Shown piece by piece: positions 17,189-20,000 of a DNA stretch of 20,000 nt. Source of the stretch: an uncultured virus (IMG/VR IMGVR_UViG_3300018424_000012). Its lineage: Duplodnaviria > Heunggongvirae > Uroviricota > Caudoviricetes. The DNA lies in the IMG/VR virus record IMGVR_UViG_3300018424_000012; one strand, 5' to 3'. The position numbers and the translations under genes are program-made. A model generated the notes under the pieces. The model saw only the letters and a list, made by a program, of their open reading frames with translations, was not told where the DNA came from and made no database searches. The first letter of the stretch is position 1. Each line of letters starts with the position of its first letter.

Positions 17189-17417
17189 TAAAGCATCTGA
17201 CTATACAACAGAGAATAGATTTCTGATGTACGGTAATGGTGCGCCTGGATGTTTTTGGGTAACTAGAGACAGACTTAAAAGAGGACATACACAGATTAGT
17301 CCTGTCTTCAAAGATGAGCATGAAGCAGTTGAGTGGTTAAAAGACTTTGATGCAAAAGTCAAGCAGACGAATAATGTTGTTCCGTTCAATAAAAAAGTAC
17401 AGGGTTTATTTAAATAA
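17181..17417 (+). CDS. hypothetical protein (SPxF paralog 2)
   Basis: QISPVF...A..W. Confidence 0.72.
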   Translation: MSDKASDYTTENRFLMYGNGAPGCFWVTRDRLKRGHTQISPVFKDEHEAVEWLKDFDAKVKQTNNVVPFNKKVQGLFK

Positions 17418-17420
17418 TAC

Positions 17421-17449
17421 TTGACACACTCGTAAAAGTGTGTTACATT
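17421..17449 (+). promoter_or_regulatory. early sigma70 promoter
   Basis: TTGACA-17 nt-TACATT with extended TG. Confidence 0.8.
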
Positions 17450-17486
17450 AATAGAGTAAGATGAATTGTAACAGAGAGGTTTTCAA

Positions 17487-17897
17487 ATGGTTACAGAACG
17501 TCCAAAATGTCAAGTACCTGGTTGTACGAAACCAGCACAGAACACAGGTCATGGTCGCTGGCGCAAAGCAACATGGGTTCGTGAAGAATTCGGTGTTCAA
17601 GAGGGTTACGTCTGTCACGAACATCACTGCACAAACTATGGCATCGGAGGTTGGGAGTACAAGCAACATCGCAAAGACTACTGTGAAAACATCGATGGTC
17701 GTCTAGGTCACGGCAAATGCACAACAACAATAATTGATGCAGAGTGGCAGTTAGAAGTCGACCACATTGATGGTAATCACGACAACAATGAAGAGAGCAA
17801 TCTGCAAACACTGTGCGCTTGCTGTCATCGTCTAAAGACAAGAGACAATCAAGACTACTTGTCACTACCTACTGTATTCATGAAGAGAGCGGCGTGA
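17487..17897 (+). CDS. HNH endonuclease-family protein
   Basis: GAGG RBS; LEVDHIDGNH.NN...NLQTLC..CH..KT HNH motif plus N-terminal Cys/His cluster. Confidence 0.9.
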   Translation: MVTERPKCQVPGCTKPAQNTGHGRWRKATWVREEFGVQEGYVCHEHHCTNYGIGGWEYKQHRKDYCENIDGRLGHGKCTTTIIDAEWQLEVDHIDGNHDNNEESNLQTLCACCHRLKTRDNQDYLSLPTVFMKRAA

Positions 17898-18121
17898 TGC
17901 CAGACTTTAAATCAATGCGAGAACACTATGATGACTTGATGAATCCTCATGCATCAATCGTATCGAATGAAGAACTTACCGACCACATGTACACATGCGG
18001 CAAGTGCGGTTCATGGTCACACCAAGACACAATCTTTACTGATTACTTCTCTTGTATTCAGTGCGGTTACGAAACTACTAAAGTCCATCATGTTGTCTTG
18101 AAAAAAAGTGAACACGCATAA
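17897..18121 (+). CDS. small zinc-ribbon protein
   Basis: ATG 17897 (MPDFKS); CGKC...CIQC. Confidence 0.65.
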   Translation: MPDFKSMREHYDDLMNPHASIVSNEELTDHMYTCGKCGSWSHQDTIFTDYFSCIQCGYETTKVHHVVLKKSEHA

Positions 18122-18312
18122 TGGCAGTATCACTCATGAAAGTACAAGTGCATGACAGTGAACACGCAACATCTACTGAAACACATAGTCTTCAGAGAAC
18201 AGTGTACATGTACTGTAATGAAGATGGGTATCAGTTATCTCCAGAATTTCAATCTGTTGTACAAGCAAGAGAATGGTACGCAGAGATGATGAAAGATTAT
18301 CCATATGGATAA
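18121..18312 (+). CDS. hypothetical protein (SPxF paralog 3)
   Basis: QLSPEF...A..W. Confidence 0.7.
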   Translation: MAVSLMKVQVHDSEHATSTETHSLQRTVYMYCNEDGYQLSPEFQSVVQAREWYAEMMKDYPYG

Positions 18313-18454
18313 TAAATTGTGTGATGAGTATAAACGTCTTAAAGAATATGAGAAAATGTTACGTCAGCATTTCAAGATAGACTTAACGACACTCAGAGCA
18401 ATGTGTAAGAAAGCAAATGAATTGAAAATGAAGAAAGTGAAAAACAATGAGTAA
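18305..18454 (+). CDS. small basic hypothetical protein
   Basis: Not in track: MDNKLCDEYKRLKEYEK... 49 aa, overlaps both neighbours. Confidence 0.55.
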   Translation: MDNKLCDEYKRLKEYEKMLRQHFKIDLTTLRAMCKKANELKMKKVKNNE

Positions 18455-18626
18455 GTATACAGAACTGTTGCAAACACGGGTCACAAAAGAGCAGATGCAA
18501 ATGATAAAGAAAGAAAGTGCTTTGTTCAAAGAACCAATGAGTAAAATACTTCGTGATGCAATCTATCGTGGACTAGAAGAGAGGCGTCATTTTTACGCCG
18601 ACTTGAGAACCGACTTGAGAAAGTAA
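18447..18626 (+). CDS. putative ribbon-helix-helix (CopG/Arc-like) DNA-binding protein
   Basis: Not in track: MSKYTELLQTRVTKEQMQMIKKESALFKEPMSKILRDAIYRGLEERRHFYADLRTDLRK; strand LQTRV, helix, then S.ILR.AI helix. Confidence 0.65.
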   Translation: MSKYTELLQTRVTKEQMQMIKKESALFKEPMSKILRDAIYRGLEERRHFYADLRTDLRK

Positions 18627-18801
18627 AATTTTTGTCCGGAAAATTTTTTGGATTCCTTAACCCCCCATAGTGCATTTCAGTTTTCGTGCAGTGGTATGTT
18701 TGCCATAGTTTGAAGTGCGGAAATTGTGCCGGCGCTAAGAGAGCGACTAAAGGGGTCGCACACCACAAAAATATTACATATGTAGGGGGGTCTAACCTAC
18801 T

Positions 18802-18830
18802 AGTATATCACAGTACGTCACAGTTGTCAA
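18802..18830 (-). promoter_or_regulatory. leftward sigma70 promoter with no obvious downstream gene
   Basis: TTGACA (18830-18825)-17 nt-TATACT (18807-18802). Confidence 0.8.
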
Positions 18831-18864
18831 CAGTTATTTTTCAGTGGCGTGCAGTTAATCCCTC

Positions 18865-18893
18865 AGTATAGCACATATGGCAACTGTTGTCAA
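18865..18893 (-). promoter_or_regulatory. second tandem leftward sigma70 promoter
   Basis: TTGACA (18893-18888)-17 nt-TATACT (18870-18865) with extended TG. Confidence 0.8.
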
Positions 18894-18897
18894 GCAG

Positions 18898-18956
18898 AAA
18901 ATAAAAAAAAGCGCACGCCCGCAAACCGTTGATACACAAGGGTTACAGGGTGCGCT
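18898..18956 (-). terminator. probable intrinsic terminator of the leftward arm
   Basis: AGCGCAC (18910-18916)/GTGCGCT (18950-18956) closing an extended imperfect stem, followed on - strand by a T-run. Confidence 0.55.
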
Positions 18957-18989
18957 ATAACAGCATAGGTAAAAGGGAGAGAGAAAACC

Positions 18990-19229
18990 CTATGCTGGTA
19001 CTCGGTCTACGCCACACAGTTTATAACCGGTGACCTTTCGACCATCTTTAATGGGGACTACACCATACGGCGTCTTTGTTTTTATCTCCCACATATACGT
19101 TGAGATGCGGTACATGTTCACACCTGCTATCTCACACTGTTGCTTGAACTCTTCAAGTGTAGCAGTATAGTTCTCTGCTTCCTTCAGTACGTTCAAGACT
19201 TTCTCATATTGTCCCATTGCTTTTGCCAT
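18990..19229 (-). CDS. putative winged-helix DNA-binding protein
   Basis: YRISTYMWEIK...KDGRKVTGYKL helix plus beta-wing pattern; AAGG RBS. Confidence 0.7.
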   Translation of the reverse strand: MAKAMGQYEKVLNVLKEAENYTATLEEFKQQCEIAGVNMYRISTYMWEIKTKTPYGVVPIKDGRKVTGYKLCGVDRVPA

Positions 19230-19232
19230 AAC

Positions 19233-19427
19233 TTAACCTTTCATAATAAACAGTGCGCCTAGAGCAGTCGCACCAATTCCCATTGAGAAGTACGCAAGTG
19301 TCTGACCTATTGTCATTGCGTTCTCCATACACTTACCATCACAGTCAGCACCAGCAGTACCGAGTACTATAAAAATGCCAACAAAAACAAGCAGATAACC
19401 AATCATCTTACTTAGATACAAATGCAT
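19233..19427 (-). CDS. two-helix membrane protein
   Basis: GAGG RBS; two hydrophobic segments flanking DCDGKC loop. Confidence 0.78.
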   Translation of the reverse strand: MHLYLSKMIGYLLVFVGIFIVLGTAGADCDGKCMENAMTIGQTLAYFSMGIGATALGALFIMKG

Positions 19428-19455
19428 AATAAACCTCTTCTCTCATTGTTCTTAT

Positions 19456-19484
19456 ACTATACCACAACGCAACGGTATTGTCAA
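19456..19484 (-). promoter_or_regulatory. early sigma70 promoter
   Basis: TTGACA (19484-19479)-17 nt-TATAGT (19461-19456), GAGAGAAGAGG leader. Confidence 0.85.
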
Positions 19485-19492
19485 GCACTATT

Positions 19493-19702
19493 TTACACTT
19501 TTGCCGTCCAATATTCGTTCCACTGTTCATTCGCTACTTCATCGATGATGTTACCAGCGATGTAATCAGGTAGCATTTCGTCAAGTTTTTCAATGAGTTC
19601 GCCTACATGCTCACACTCAGCAACAAGAGCATCAGTAATAGCATCGAATACGTCTTGCTCCATGGCAAGAGTTTTAATGGGTTTAGTCATATCGTAATTC
19701 AT
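19493..19702 (-). CDS. hypothetical acidic protein
   Basis: AAGGA RBS, 69 aa. Confidence 0.78.
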   Translation of the reverse strand: MNYDMTKPIKTLAMEQDVFDAITDALVAECEHVGELIEKLDEMLPDYIAGNIIDEVANEQWNEYWTAKV

Positions 19703-19723
19703 AATACATTCCTTTTAAAGTTC

Positions 19724-19809
19724 ATAGAGACTTGCAGTTCAATCTAGTATCGCGCCAGTTCTCCCTTAGGGACATGCAGTTAATCTAGCGATACGCCAGT
19801 AGTCTCTAT
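19724..19809 (-). repeat. pseudo-symmetric repeat / candidate structured leader RNA
   Basis: Direct repeats 19733-19759 and 19775-19800 with mutually complementary 7 nt cores, flanked by 9 bp inverted repeat. Confidence 0.75.
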
Positions 19810-19824
19810 CTCGACTATGTTTAT

Positions 19825-19853
19825 AGTATCGCATACTTTCTGGTAAATGTCGA
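19825..19853 (-). promoter_or_regulatory. probable sigma70 promoter upstream of the structured element
   Basis: TCGACA (19853-19848)-17 nt-GATACT (19830-19825), A-tracts upstream on - strand. Confidence 0.55.
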
Positions 19854-20000
19854 GTGTTTTTTTGCTTTTTTTTTAACTTTTTTTCGCTTTTTTCTCTTGA
19901 CACGGGCGCTCGTATGTGCGAAAAGCAGAGATGATATTCCCTATTATATTTAATTGCGTTATTTCGCCCTTTTGAGCAATTCATTCTTACCATATCTGTG

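Noticed and set aside
18526..18871. Track ORFs 18526-18768(-) and 18686-18871(+)
   Set aside because: No RBS, atypical composition, overlap the RHH gene or promoters
19733..19800. Repeats as a mini CRISPR array
   Set aside because: Only two units, 15 nt spacer, internal cores differ, no cas genes in window
19897..19925. TTGACA on + strand
   Set aside because: No -10 element at 16-18 nt spacing
19766..19993. 75 aa minus-strand ORF
   Set aside because: Runs through A-tracts, a promoter and the repeat element; no clear RBS
1..20000. Genome-wide stop-codon reassignment
   Set aside because: Genes are intact and tightly packed under the standard code; TAG, TGA and TAA all serve as stops and no suppressor tRNA is seen

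Overview
AT-rich, gene-dense segment of a large T4-like (myovirus-type) phage genome, most likely an aquatic/marine phage of an alphaproteobacterial host (host is inference). No structural or core replication genes are present. 1-5650: mostly leftward auxiliary genes (phoH, FmdB-like protein, DenV-like glycosylase, ribosomal protein bS21, 2OG-Fe(II) oxygenase) plus a rightward zeta-toxin-like P-loop kinase, with T4-type late promoters (TATAAATA). 5738-18626: rightward arm with thyX, three more 2OG-Fe(II) oxygenases, a PRTase-like gene, an envelope/lipoprotein cluster, four tRNAs (Arg-UCU, Cys-GCA, Pro-UGG, Thr-UGU), an HNH protein and many short early-type ORFs behind near-consensus sigma70 promoters that share a conserved leader. 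The arm ends in a ribbon-helix-helix gene beside a ~360 bp non-coding convergence zone with two tandem leftward promoters. 18990-20000: start of an oppositely oriented early arm containing a two-fold-symmetric repeat/RNA element at 19724-19809. All calls are from reading the sequence; no database searches were run.
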